From positions 32,001-96,000 of the forward strand of contig CAYVLA010000001.1 in assembly GCA_964452145.1 (NCBI GenBank): a DNA stretch of 64,000 nucleotides. Reading direction: 5' to 3'. The notes beneath the pieces are model-generated. The model saw nothing but the letters and a program-made list of their open reading frames with translations. It did no database searches and was not told where the DNA came from. Each line of letters opens with the position of its first letter. The first letter of the stretch is position 1. Both the position numbers and the translations under genes were made by a program. Below are positions 1 through 8,684 of the stretch, piece after piece. The DNA is from Candidatus Hadarchaeota archaeon (GTDB taxonomy: Archaea > CAYQAE01 > CAYVLA01).

Positions 1-666
1 GTTGGCCGCAATGGTAATGGGCTTCGCTACCCTCCTGACCTTGCCCACAAAGTCAAGCAGGGTCTCATCGTCCCCCTCCAGGTCCACCGTGGTTGTCTTG
101 AGAACCCCTCGAAGCGTCTCCTCGTTCATCCCCAGCACGCTCAGCCGACTGAGCAGAAAGGAGGTGTGCTCGGAGTCCGATGGCTTGATCCTCCCCTTTC
201 CGGGTTTCAGCCCGCGCTTGAGGATTCCTATCAACCAGTAACCCAGCTCGGTTTCGAAGAACCTGACGTCTTCCACCGGGTCCCGCGCGCCGGGACTTGT
301 GGGGTTTCCCTGCTCATCGGTCGCGCCCGCGACGTCGACGACGTGTATCAAGCTGTCGGCCCTGATTAGGTCATCGAGGAACTGGTTTCCTAGTCCCTTC
401 CCGAGATGGGCGCCTGGAACGAGGCCCGCAACATCCAGAACGTCTATGGGTATGAGGCGCAGCCCATTCTCACACTTGGAGTTCTTGGGTTGGCACTGGA
501 CGCCGAATCCCTTGCAGGGACATCTGGCCCGCAGATAGGCCATCCCCCTGTTGGGCTTGATGGTGACGAAGGGCCTGCCCGCTATCTCGGCGTGGACCAG
601 GGTCGACGCACTAAAAAACGTCGACTTGCCCGAGTTCGTCTTCCCCACGATGGCGATCTGGAACAT
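1..666 (-). CDS. ychF: Redox-regulated ATPase / translation-associated GTPase YchF (archaeal type), truncated by window edge
   Basis: Manually translated from ATG at 666: MFQIAIVGKTNSGKSTFFSAST (P-loop)...PFVTIKPN...CPC...DVAGLVPGAHLGKGLGNQFLDDL...KPITIAAN; open to position 1; not in ORF track. Confidence 0.93.
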   Translation of the reverse strand, partial: MFQIAIVGKTNSGKSTFFSASTLVHAEIAGRPFVTIKPNRGMAYLRARCPCKGFGVQCQPKNSKCENGLRLIPIDVLDVAGLVPGAHLGKGLGNQFLDDLIRADSLIHVVDVAGATDEQGNPTSPGARDPVEDVRFFETELGYWLIGILKRGLKPGKGRIKPSDSEHTSFLLSRLSVLGMNEETLRGVLKTTTVDLEGDDETLLDFVGKVRRVAKPITIAAN

Positions 667-728
667 GGCGAACTCCAGTCCGGGCCTCGGATGATACTAC
701 TCATATTTGTTTCGAGCTTCTCAGCTTC

Positions 729-1574
729 TCAGCAATGCTGGCGGGGACGTGCGCAGACGACGTCGTGTACGACGTGCCACCTTCTCCTGCCAACCGACCT
801 GACGATCCGCGAAGATGTCACCTGACATTCCCCCCAACCACCCAGTCCCTCCAGTATCCTTCCAAGCTCGAGACTTGAGATCGGCAGGCAATCGCTCCGT
901 CTCGCCCTCACCTCACGGTAGTGATGGATCACCCCTCGGTCGCCCAGAACGCGGATTGCGTCTTCCAGGAAATCGTCGGCCTGAAGAGGCAGAGGGAGGA
1001 TCACCCTATCCATGGCGGACATCTCCTTACAGATCTGCCTGGCGTCGCCCAGAAGGGGGATAACGCGGCCAGCCAGATTGTTCCGAGCCAGGCCCTGCCT
1101 CATGCATTCGATGGCCGCAGGGTTACTGTCAACCGAATACACTGTTGCCGAGACGGTGTGCGCTATGAGGATGCTGAAGCAACCCGCGCCCGCGAACATG
1201 TTCAGGACATTTTCGCCAGGCTTCACCTGGAGGGCCACTCGCCGACGCTCCTGGGAAAGGCGGGGAGTGAAGAAAACCTTGCCCAGATCAACCACGTATG
1301 TTGCGCCATGCTCGCGGTGCATGGTAACGGCCGGACCCACCCCAGCGATCGCCTCCATCCTGCGGGTCCTTGCCCCGTGGACTGTGGGGCCGACCACCTG
1401 CAGGACCAGTCTTGCCCTCCTGTTATGAGCCAGGAGACAAGCTCCGATCTGATGCCTGAACTCGCGCAGCTGGGGAGGGATCTTAACAACCACTATGTCT
1501 CCGACAAGATCATAGCTGCGGTATGTTCCTTGGAGGTCGCGATCTAAGAGCGTTCTCCACGACAAGCTGCCCAA
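729..1574 (-). CDS. Trm5/Taw2-family SAM-dependent tRNA-modifying enzyme, short form (probable Trm5a/Taw21-22 type)
   Basis: YDLVGDIVVV, VFFTPRLSQERRRV, NMFAGAGCFSI; LPLP where Trm5b/c have NLP; no N-terminal D1 domain. Confidence 0.8.
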   Translation of the reverse strand: MGSLSWRTLLDRDLQGTYRSYDLVGDIVVVKIPPQLREFRHQIGACLLAHNRRARLVLQVVGPTVHGARTRRMEAIAGVGPAVTMHREHGATYVVDLGKVFFTPRLSQERRRVALQVKPGENVLNMFAGAGCFSILIAHTVSATVYSVDSNPAAIECMRQGLARNNLAGRVIPLLGDARQICKEMSAMDRVILPLPLQADDFLEDAIRVLGDRGVIHHYREVRARRSDCLPISSLELGRILEGLGGWGECQVTSSRIVRSVGRRRWHVVHDVVCARPRQHC

Positions 1575-1586
1575 GGATGACCCCGT

Positions 1587-1673
1587 TCATCTAAACAGCA
1601 ATACAACGATCGACAAGACCATGATCATTATCACGAACAGCGCAAAGAGCCTGTTGATCACGTACCTCTTCAT
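1587..1673 (-). CDS. 28-aa single-pass membrane microprotein
   Basis: MKRYVINRLFALFVIMIMVLSIVVLLFR*; ATG overlaps the upstream stop (ATGA) and the ORF fills the gap to the next gene. Confidence 0.7.
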   Translation of the reverse strand: MKRYVINRLFALFVIMIMVLSIVVLLFR

Positions 1674-2506
1674 TCCTCATCCTCTCCCTTGTCGATGAGT
1701 TCGATGTAGATCTCCCCGACCCTCCTCCCGGTGCCCGTCAGCTCGTACTTGTTCTCCCCCGGGATGGGCAGGATGAGGTACTTCCTCACAAGCGATTGAA
1801 CGATGTGGCCGAAGTACCTTATTTTCTTCCCAACGCCCCTCTCTATCTCGGGCCTAGAGAGAGGCTTGCCTTCCTTCGTGATGTAGGCCAGGACTCTTCT
1901 CTTCAGGAAACTCCTCCCACCGTACTCGAGTCTCGGCGATATCAGCTCTATGCTCCAGTCGCTCCTGTTGGCTCCGACGGTGAACTTGCTGTTGACCCGA
2001 ATCCTGGATGCCGAGACGTCTATTGTAACGTTGTCGTATTCGTACTTCTTGATCCTGGCGACCATCTTGTCAGCGGCCTTGGTCAATTTGGCGATCTCTT
2101 CAGGGTCAGCATCGCTCTCGCGGCTGGCCTCCATGACCAGGGATCGGATCCTCTTTATGTAGGAAGACGGGTACCTGGAGAAATGGTTTGTCTTGAAGCT
2201 CTTCTCCAGCCTTTCAAAAGTCCTCTCTATCTCTCGTTTGATGATGGCGTAGTCTCGCTCCGTGAGTCGTTGGGCAATGACCGTCAGCACCCTGAAATAG
2301 TCAGGAGTGTAGTAGGACGGTCTGTAGATCCGAATGTCCGACCGCATCCTCTCGATGATGTCCTTGAGGCTCTTCCTGTCCTTGCGGCTAAGTTTCCTGA
2401 CCTCCTTCATTATGTTCTTCTGGGTCTCAAGGAAGCTGGGTGTTCCCGGAGGCACTCTCTGAAGCTTCTTCACATCGGCTAGAATCGCCTCCGCCGGACT
2501 GGCCAT
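1670..2506 (-). CDS. Hypothetical basic helical protein with C-terminal winged-helix-like domain
   Basis: Long ORF with strong GC3 bias; C-terminus RRVLAYITKEGKPLSRPEIERGVG...YELTGTGRRV resembles wHTH; TATA-like TTTAATAA about 25 nt upstream of ATG 2506. Confidence 0.75.
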   Translation of the reverse strand: MASPAEAILADVKKLQRVPPGTPSFLETQKNIMKEVRKLSRKDRKSLKDIIERMRSDIRIYRPSYYTPDYFRVLTVIAQRLTERDYAIIKREIERTFERLEKSFKTNHFSRYPSSYIKRIRSLVMEASRESDADPEEIAKLTKAADKMVARIKKYEYDNVTIDVSASRIRVNSKFTVGANRSDWSIELISPRLEYGGRSFLKRRVLAYITKEGKPLSRPEIERGVGKKIRYFGHIVQSLVRKYLILPIPGENKYELTGTGRRVGEIYIELIDKGEDEE

Positions 2507-2837
2507 GCGAGTCATTTGCATCTACAGCTTATTAAACTGCCGAATACCCCTCCGCCCCCAACGGGCCTTCAGACCGGAGTTCGTAGACGATCCGTCCGGC
2601 TGGCCTGATGATACCGATCTTGGGGAGGCATGGGGCACGATTAGCGGTCTGGATGATGGGCGTTGGACACCAGTCCTTGCTGTTGGACCACGCAATCGGA
2701 CCCACGGCGGGCGAGCTGGTCGCTGATCGCGTATCTGGCTGTTTGCCGGTCTGGTTGCGAGAGCGGACTTCCCTTCTGTCCGGGATCCTCGGACCTGTAG
2801 ATGAGATTTTTCAACGGTTTACCCTGTGAGAGGGTGG

Positions 2838-2923
2838 GCGGGGGTGCCCGAGCGGTCAAAGAGGGCAGGCTCAGGACCTGCTGGCGTAGGCCTACGCGGG
2901 TTCAAATCCCGTCCCCCGCACCA
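2838..2923 (+). tRNA. tRNA-Leu(CAG)
   Basis: Acceptor GCGGGGG/CCCCCGC, anticodon arm GCAGG-CTCAGGA-CCTGC, long variable arm, T-loop TTCAAAT, encoded ACCA end. Confidence 0.95.
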
Positions 2924-3246
2924 CACCCGTGATGCCCCATGGGTGCTTGCTTGACGATGTCCTCCGTGCATTGCTAAAACCGCATGCATGTCTCGAAAAC
3001 CTGGGCCCCGGAATGCGTCTGACACATATAGGCGTCGAGCGTCCGTTTCTGGTGCCTGGAAGATCGCAGGAGCCTGCTCCCAGGTCGGGGAGGAAGTTCT
3101 TTCGACGCTCTGCATCAAAGGGCGAGGACGCTTGGGCTTCCTCCTCACAGGCCTTCTCAACTCATGCTAAAGGCACGGCAGTCGACGTCGAATAGCTATT
3201 TCAGCCGTAACCTCTGTCGCGAGCCGGGTATCCAAGAATAGCCAAG

Positions 3247-4407
3247 ATGATCGGCGAACTGGCCCGCACAATTCTGGACGAACTCTGGGACATACCCATC
3301 TTCGACGTCCACAGCCACTTCTGCGGAGAAGAGGGTCCAGTCAGGGGAGTGGATGAGTACATAGCGGGCTGGACGCAGCCGGAGACCCCTGGAAATATCG
3401 GCCCATCCGAGCTGCGAGGCTGGCGGATCTCTAGGTGGCCGATGAAGAAGTCTCTATGGATAGGCCGGGCATTCTTCATAGCCCTGCAGGAGCTCTATCG
3501 CAGTAATGACCGAACGACCATCTGCGCCAAGATGAATGAGGTGAGAGCGGGCGGTCTCTTGGGGTCCATGGAGTGGATGCGGCAACGATCGAACGTGGAC
3601 TATCTCGTAGTCGACTCGAACCCTGAGCTGGCTGCGAAGCTCCGTTGGGTTCGGTCCACGTATCGCCTTGATGCTCGAGCCATCACGGGAACGCAGGGGG
3701 ATCTCGGTCGGCGCATCGCGGAGGTCGAAGAGAAGGTCAGCAGCATGGTGGCAGCGGGACGAGCCCACTGTCTGAAGATACCCATTGCCTATGATCGTTC
3801 CCTCGAAATCGGGGATGTGGGGTTGGAGAAGGCCTCAGACATCGTCGCGAAGGAATCCAAGCACCGGACTTCTCAAGAGGCCAAGGAGGCGGAGGACCAT
3901 GTCTATAGGCATTTCTTCAGAAAGGCGGGGGATTGGTCCATTCCGGTTGAGGTCCACACCGGCTTCGGCTGGGCGATAGGCAAACGCCCGCTTAGATTGT
4001 GCGAGGCTGATCCTGAGAACCTCCTCCCCGTCCTTGAGGATCCCGAGATGGGGTCGACGAAGTTCATTCTCTTCCACGGAGGATATCCTTTCCTGAGCAA
4101 GGCGGCATATCTGGCCGGGAGCTTCTCGAACGTTTACCTTGACTTCACCTGCCTCTGCCAGGAGTCCTGGACCATGTTGAAGGCAGCGTTGCATGAGTGG
4201 ATCGACGTCGTGCCCATGGACAGGATCGTGAGTGGCAGCGATGGCAGCTATGAGTGGCTGTACTTCGCGGCCAAGATCAACAGGGAGTGTCTTGCACATG
4301 TTCTGGCCGAGAAGGTTACCGAAGAGTTCATGGACATTGACCTAGCGCTGGAGATTGGCGGGCGGATACTGCGTGAGAACGCTCTAGCGATCTTCCAGAG
4401 GCGCTGA
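3247..4407 (+). CDS. Amidohydrolase-family (TIM-barrel metal-dependent) protein
   Basis: IFDVHSH, VEVHTGFG, ILFHGGYPF, NVYLDF, GSDG motifs. Confidence 0.85.
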   Translation: MIGELARTILDELWDIPIFDVHSHFCGEEGPVRGVDEYIAGWTQPETPGNIGPSELRGWRISRWPMKKSLWIGRAFFIALQELYRSNDRTTICAKMNEVRAGGLLGSMEWMRQRSNVDYLVVDSNPELAAKLRWVRSTYRLDARAITGTQGDLGRRIAEVEEKVSSMVAAGRAHCLKIPIAYDRSLEIGDVGLEKASDIVAKESKHRTSQEAKEAEDHVYRHFFRKAGDWSIPVEVHTGFGWAIGKRPLRLCEADPENLLPVLEDPEMGSTKFILFHGGYPFLSKAAYLAGSFSNVYLDFTCLCQESWTMLKAALHEWIDVVPMDRIVSGSDGSYEWLYFAAKINRECLAHVLAEKVTEEFMDIDLALEIGGRILRENALAIFQRR

Positions 4408-4603
4408 TCGTCGGCTGCTGACCCGTTCCTTGGAGTGCCGGGGTTTGCCCCCTCGATCCGTGAAGCTGATCGGTCCCTTGTGGGAAGCGGGCCGAGAGAG
4501 TGCCTTGGCTGCTTGACGTGTCTTGCTCGCCCAAACGCAGATTGGAGCATGACCGACGTGCGGTGCGCTGGTCAGAGCGTTAGACTTATCAGGATGATGC
4601 GCA

Positions 4604-4614
4604 TTGTATTACAA
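4604..4614. promoter_or_regulatory. Palindrome TTGTA-T-TACAA in the AT-rich promoter region of the RHH gene
   Basis: Perfect inverted repeat about 50 nt upstream of ATG 4662. Confidence 0.4.
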
Positions 4615-4661
4615 AGGCTATTATTGATATTTTCTTGGACGGCAAACTGTGGGGATAACGG

Positions 4662-4847
4662 ATGACGAAAACGATCTGCCTTCGCCTAGAAGACGACACG
4701 ATGGAGACTCTCGAGAAGGCCGCCAAGCACAGAAGGGAGAATATCTCGGTGTTCGTCAGGCGTGCCATCTTCAGGGAGTTGGCCCAGCTGGGCTATCTGA
4801 GTCCTGAGGAGACTCGGGCGCTTCTATGGTGGAAGGGGAAGGAGTAG
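4662..4847 (+). CDS. CopG/ribbon-helix-helix DNA-binding protein
   Basis: TICLRL beta-ribbon followed by two helices (TMETLEKAAKHRR / ISVFVRRAIFREL). Confidence 0.8.
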   Translation: MTKTICLRLEDDTMETLEKAAKHRRENISVFVRRAIFRELAQLGYLSPEETRALLWWKGKE

Positions 4848-4937
4848 ACCGATCCCTCGGTCCATCACGTAGATGATTCGACAGGGGCTACTTGGGCCTT
4901 TCCTCTTCCCAGGTTCAGTTTTGCAGCCATGGAAGCA

Positions 4938-4965
4938 TTTAAAACAGCGTTAGACAAAGTCTAAC
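4938..4965 (+). promoter_or_regulatory. TATA box (TTTAAAA, 4938-4944) followed by palindromic operator GTTAGAC-AAA-GTCTAAC (4949-4965) of the hydrogenase operon
   Basis: Perfect 7-3-7 inverted repeat between TATA box and expected transcription start. Confidence 0.7.
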
Positions 4966-5047
4966 TGCGTTGAATCCTGTTTAACAGTCGGGCAACGTCC
5001 CGCCGAAACACGGAACCGTCCCGTATCGATGATCGGGAGAATGGCAA

Positions 5048-5587
5048 ATGCAGAAGGCCGTCGTCGACTCGATCACAAGCCAATCGAGCGTTGAACTTGA
5101 GGGAATCCAGCCAGAAGCTGAGTCGCCTAGTGAACACGAAAAGATCAGGATAAGGGCCGCCGTTGAAGCCAACCGAGGCATGCCGTCCGCCCTGATCCGG
5201 GTCCTGCAGGACGTGCAGAGCCGTCTTGGCCACATCCCCATGTGGAGCCAACACATAGTCTCCAAGGAAATGGGGATTCCGTTCAGCGAGGTCCATGGGG
5301 TGGTGACGTTTTACAACTTCTTCTCTCAGCACCCGAAAGGTCGACACGTCATCCAGGTCTGCCAGGGAACCGCGTGCTACGTAAGGGGGGGCAAGAAGAT
5401 CATGGATCAGCTGAAGAGGAAGCTTGGGGTCGGCCCGGGCGAAACCACAAGAGATCGAAAGTTCTCACTCGAAGTGGTGAGGTGTCTCGGCTGCTGTGGG
5501 CTCTCCCCCGTGATGACGGTGAGCGGTAACCTCTACCGAAGGATTAGCCCGAAGAAGGTATCCGAAATACTGGAGGCCTACAACTAG
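5048..5587 (+). CDS. NuoE/HydC/HoxE-like [2Fe-2S] subunit
   Basis: GVVTFYNFF, VCQGTACYVRG, RCLGCCGLSPV. Confidence 0.93.
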   Translation: MQKAVVDSITSQSSVELEGIQPEAESPSEHEKIRIRAAVEANRGMPSALIRVLQDVQSRLGHIPMWSQHIVSKEMGIPFSEVHGVVTFYNFFSQHPKGRHVIQVCQGTACYVRGGKKIMDQLKRKLGVGPGETTRDRKFSLEVVRCLGCCGLSPVMTVSGNLYRRISPKKVSEILEAYN

Positions 5588-5599
5588 CCTCGGAAGCAG

Positions 5600-8500
5600 G
5601 TGGGGTGTCCGGTTTTGATCCTTTCCAGCCCGGCGTCCTTTGACGATCTTAGGCAGGAGTGCAGGCAGGAAGTGGATGACCGCAGAAAAAGGCGGCAGGT
5701 CCTGGTTCACATGGGGACTTGCGGCATTGCATCCGGTTCTGCGATCGTTAAGGAGCGCTTAGTGGAACGCCTCAGAGCAATAGGATCGGATGTGATCGTG
5801 CGCGAGACCGGCTGCTGCGGATCATGCCACCAGGAACCCATGCTGACCATCCTAGAGCCTGATGGTTCCTCGGTCATGTACGGCGACCTCAACATCCATA
5901 ACCTCGACCGGCTGATCGAGGAACACGTAATCGGGGGGAAGAGGGTTGAAGCCCTTTGCGTTGATCAGCAATCGCCCTTCTACCGAAAGCAAGTGAAGCG
6001 AGTCACTCTGCTGCTGGGCAAGATAGACCCCTACGACATCAGGGAGTACATAGCGTGCGATGGCTACCTGGCCCTACGCAAGGCGCTGACCCTCACGAGT
6101 GAAAGCGTCATCGAGGAGGTGAAGAGGGCCGGTCTGAAGGGGCGCGGTGGGGCAGGGTTCCCTACCGGCCTCAAGTGGTCATTTGCCGCCAAGGCCCCCG
6201 GAGATGTCAAGTACGTCATCTGCAACGCGGATGAGGGAGATCCTGGGGCCTACATGGATCGGGCGATAATCGAGGGGAACCCTCACTCCGTCATAGAGGG
6301 GTTGGCGATAGCTGCCTATGCCGTAGGGGCAAGCGTGGGCTATGTGTACATACGAGCGGAGTACCCCTTGGCCGTGGAGATCCTGCGTAGTGCCATAGAA
6401 CGGGCACGGGAATACGGATTCCTCGGGCAGAACATTCTTGGATCGGGATTTGACTTCGACATCGAGGTCTGCCTGGGGGCTGGGGCATTTGTGTGCGGAG
6501 AAGAGACCGCTCTCATCGCTTCGATAGAGGGCAGGAGAGGCAACCCGCGCCCTAAGCCCCCCTTTCCGGCCAACAAGGGCCTCTTTGGCAGGCCGACGGT
6601 GATCAACAACGTCAAGACCCTCAGCAACGTGCCCCTCATACTCCTCAACGGCGCAGAGTGGTACGCCGGGGTCGGTACCGACAAAAGCAAGGGAACGATG
6701 ATATTCAGCCTGACTGGAAAGATCAAGAGAACGGGACTGATCGAGGTTCCCCTTGGCATTTCCCTCGGCGAGGTCATCTTCGATGTGGGAGGAGGGGTTC
6801 CCGGCGGGAAGCAGTTCAAGGCCGTTCAGCTAGGAGGTCCGTCCGGTGGGTGCATACCGGGCAAGTACCTGAACACACCTATAGACTATGCGGAGATGGA
6901 GGCCCTTGGGGCGATCATGGGATCCGGCGGCATGATCGTGATGGACGAGGACTCCTGTATGCCGGATATGGCCCGCTTCTTCATGGAATTCACGAAGGAT
7001 GAGTCCTGCGGCAAGTGCACGCCGTGCAGGGCCGGGATACCCCAGATGCTCAGAATCCTGGACCGGGTCGTGAGCGAGAAGGGGACCCTACAGGATCTGG
7101 ATGCCCTTCAGCAGATAGGTGAGATGGTGAAGGACAGCTCCCTCTGCGGACTGGGCCAGACCGCCCCAAACCCCGTCCTGAGCACACTTAGGCATTTCAG
7201 AGACGAGTATGTCCGGCACATCATCGACCACAGATGTCCGGCAGCCGCGTGTCAGACCCTCTTCCGGGCACCCTGCCAGCACGCCTGTCCCCTGGGCAAC
7301 GACATACCCGGAGTGATGGCGCTCATCAACGAAGGCCACTACGATGACGCATACTTGCTGATTCGCCAACGCAATCCACTGCCTGCCGTCTGCGGAAGGG
7401 TCTGCGTTCGCTACTGCGAATCCAAATGTCGGCGATCCCAGCTTGATGAGAGGCTCTCGATCAGACACATGTTGAGGTTTGCGGTCGACCGCGCTCATCA
7501 GAGCAACGTCGAGTACGTCCCGGAAATCGCGAAGAGGAAGAAGAAGAAAGTCGCAATCATTGGATCCGGCCCTGCCGGACTCGCTGCCGCATACGATCTG
7601 GCAGTGAACGGATACCCCGTCACGGTCTTTGAGGCCTCCCCCAGGATCGGAGGGATGCTGGATTCGGGCATACCTCGCCACAGGCTGCCCAGAGAGGCGC
7701 TAGACGCCGACCTGAGAGTCTTCCCCAAGATCGGCGTCGACTTCAGAGTCAACACCAAGGTTGTCGACGCTGCAGGATTGCTGGACGCCGAATACGACGC
7801 CGTCTTCATTGCCAGCGGGCTGCCGAAGGGCAGAAGAATGGGCATCCCGGGCGAAGATCTTCAAGGGGTATACGAGGGAGTGGAGTTCCTGAGAAGGGCA
7901 AACGGGGGAGAGAAGGTCCAAGTCGGGGATAGGGTCGTGGTGGTGGGAGGAGGCAACGTTGCGATCGATGCTGCTCGGGCCAGCAGGAGATTCGGGGCAG
8001 GGGATGTCACGATAGTCTACCGACGCGAAAGGTCCGACATGCCGGCCATTGCCGAGGAGGTGGAGGCTGCGGAGGAGGAAGGGCTCAAGATACTCCCCCT
8101 CACAAATCCAAGGCGAATCGTCGGTGAGAACCGAAGGGTTGGCGGAGTCGAGTGTTCCCGAATGGAACTCAAGGAGTTCGACGAGAGCTGCCGCAAGGTA
8201 GCCTACGAGGTTAAGGACTCCACGATCATCCTGCCTGCCGACACCGTCATCATCGCCGTTGGGCAAGCTGCGGACAACGAGTTCCTGCAGGGAAAGATCA
8301 ACACCGGTCCCGGAGGCCTGATCATGGCGAACGAAAGGACTATGGAGACGAACGTGCCCGGGATCTTTGCGGGGGGCGATGCTGTCACCGGGCCCTGGAC
8401 GGTGGTCGAGGCCATCGCGGCCGGACAGAGGGGCGCCTTTGCGATTATGTGCTATCTCCAAGGCAAGCCCATACCCGATAGGATGGACCGGGGTCTGGAC

Positions 8501-8683
8501 CTCAGGATAGAGGTTCCGGGAGGAGAGATCAAGGAGGATGTCAAGGAGGAGCCGGCCGTCGGATGCCGCCACCTGCCCCCTGAGGAGCGGGTTGCCGACT
8601 TCCGGGAAGTCGTCGAAGGATACTCCGTGGCAGAGGCCCGCAAAGAGGCTTCAAGGTGCCTGAGATGCGATCTGGAGACCTGA
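5600..8683 (+). CDS. NuoF/HydB-like FMN/NAD(H) subunit fused to GltD/NfnB-like FAD/NADP(H) oxidoreductase domain
   Basis: Thioredoxin-like FeS domain (GTCG, GCCGSC), GRGGAGFPTG, CNADEGDPGAYMDR, ESCGKCTPCRAG; then APCQHACP, CGRVCVRYCESKC, GSGPAG, GGGNVAID..YRR, EASRCLRCD. Confidence 0.93.
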   Translation: MGCPVLILSSPASFDDLRQECRQEVDDRRKRRQVLVHMGTCGIASGSAIVKERLVERLRAIGSDVIVRETGCCGSCHQEPMLTILEPDGSSVMYGDLNIHNLDRLIEEHVIGGKRVEALCVDQQSPFYRKQVKRVTLLLGKIDPYDIREYIACDGYLALRKALTLTSESVIEEVKRAGLKGRGGAGFPTGLKWSFAAKAPGDVKYVICNADEGDPGAYMDRAIIEGNPHSVIEGLAIAAYAVGASVGYVYIRAEYPLAVEILRSAIERAREYGFLGQNILGSGFDFDIEVCLGAGAFVCGEETALIASIEGRRGNPRPKPPFPANKGLFGRPTVINNVKTLSNVPLILLNGAEWYAGVGTDKSKGTMIFSLTGKIKRTGLIEVPLGISLGEVIFDVGGGVPGGKQFKAVQLGGPSGGCIPGKYLNTPIDYAEMEALGAIMGSGGMIVMDEDSCMPDMARFFMEFTKDESCGKCTPCRAGIPQMLRILDRVVSEKGTLQDLDALQQIGEMVKDSSLCGLGQTAPNPVLSTLRHFRDEYVRHIIDHRCPAAACQTLFRAPCQHACPLGNDIPGVMALINEGHYDDAYLLIRQRNPLPAVCGRVCVRYCESKCRRSQLDERLSIRHMLRFAVDRAHQSNVEYVPEIAKRKKKKVAIIGSGPAGLAAAYDLAVNGYPVTVFEASPRIGGMLDSGIPRHRLPREALDADLRVFPKIGVDFRVNTKVVDAAGLLDAEYDAVFIASGLPKGRRMGIPGEDLQGVYEGVEFLRRANGGEKVQVGDRVVVVGGGNVAIDAARASRRFGAGDVTIVYRRERSDMPAIAEEVEAAEEEGLKILPLTNPRRIVGENRRVGGVECSRMELKEFDESCRKVAYEVKDSTIILPADTVIIAVGQAADNEFLQGKINTGPGGLIMANERTMETNVPGIFAGGDAVTGPWTVVEAIAAGQRGAFAIMCYLQGKPIPDRMDRGLDLRIEVPGGEIKEDVKEEPAVGCRHLPPEERVADFREVVEGYSVAEARKEASRCLRCDLET

Positions 8684-8684
8684 G

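Noticed and set aside
406..825. Plus-strand ORFs at the window start and other long antisense ORFs (e.g. 43584..44684, 54752..55798, 16953..17858)
   Set aside because: Shadow frames opposite well-supported genes, expected in GC-rich DNA
3089..3102. GAGGAAGTTC as start of RNase P RNA P4
   Set aside because: The continuation and the complementary 3' P4 strand were not found
2838..4847. Integrated element at tRNA-Leu (tRNA followed by accessory genes and an RHH gene)
   Set aside because: No integrase, and no duplicated tRNA 3' end found; the shared GGGTTCAAATCCCG at 47091 is simply the T-arm of the second tRNA
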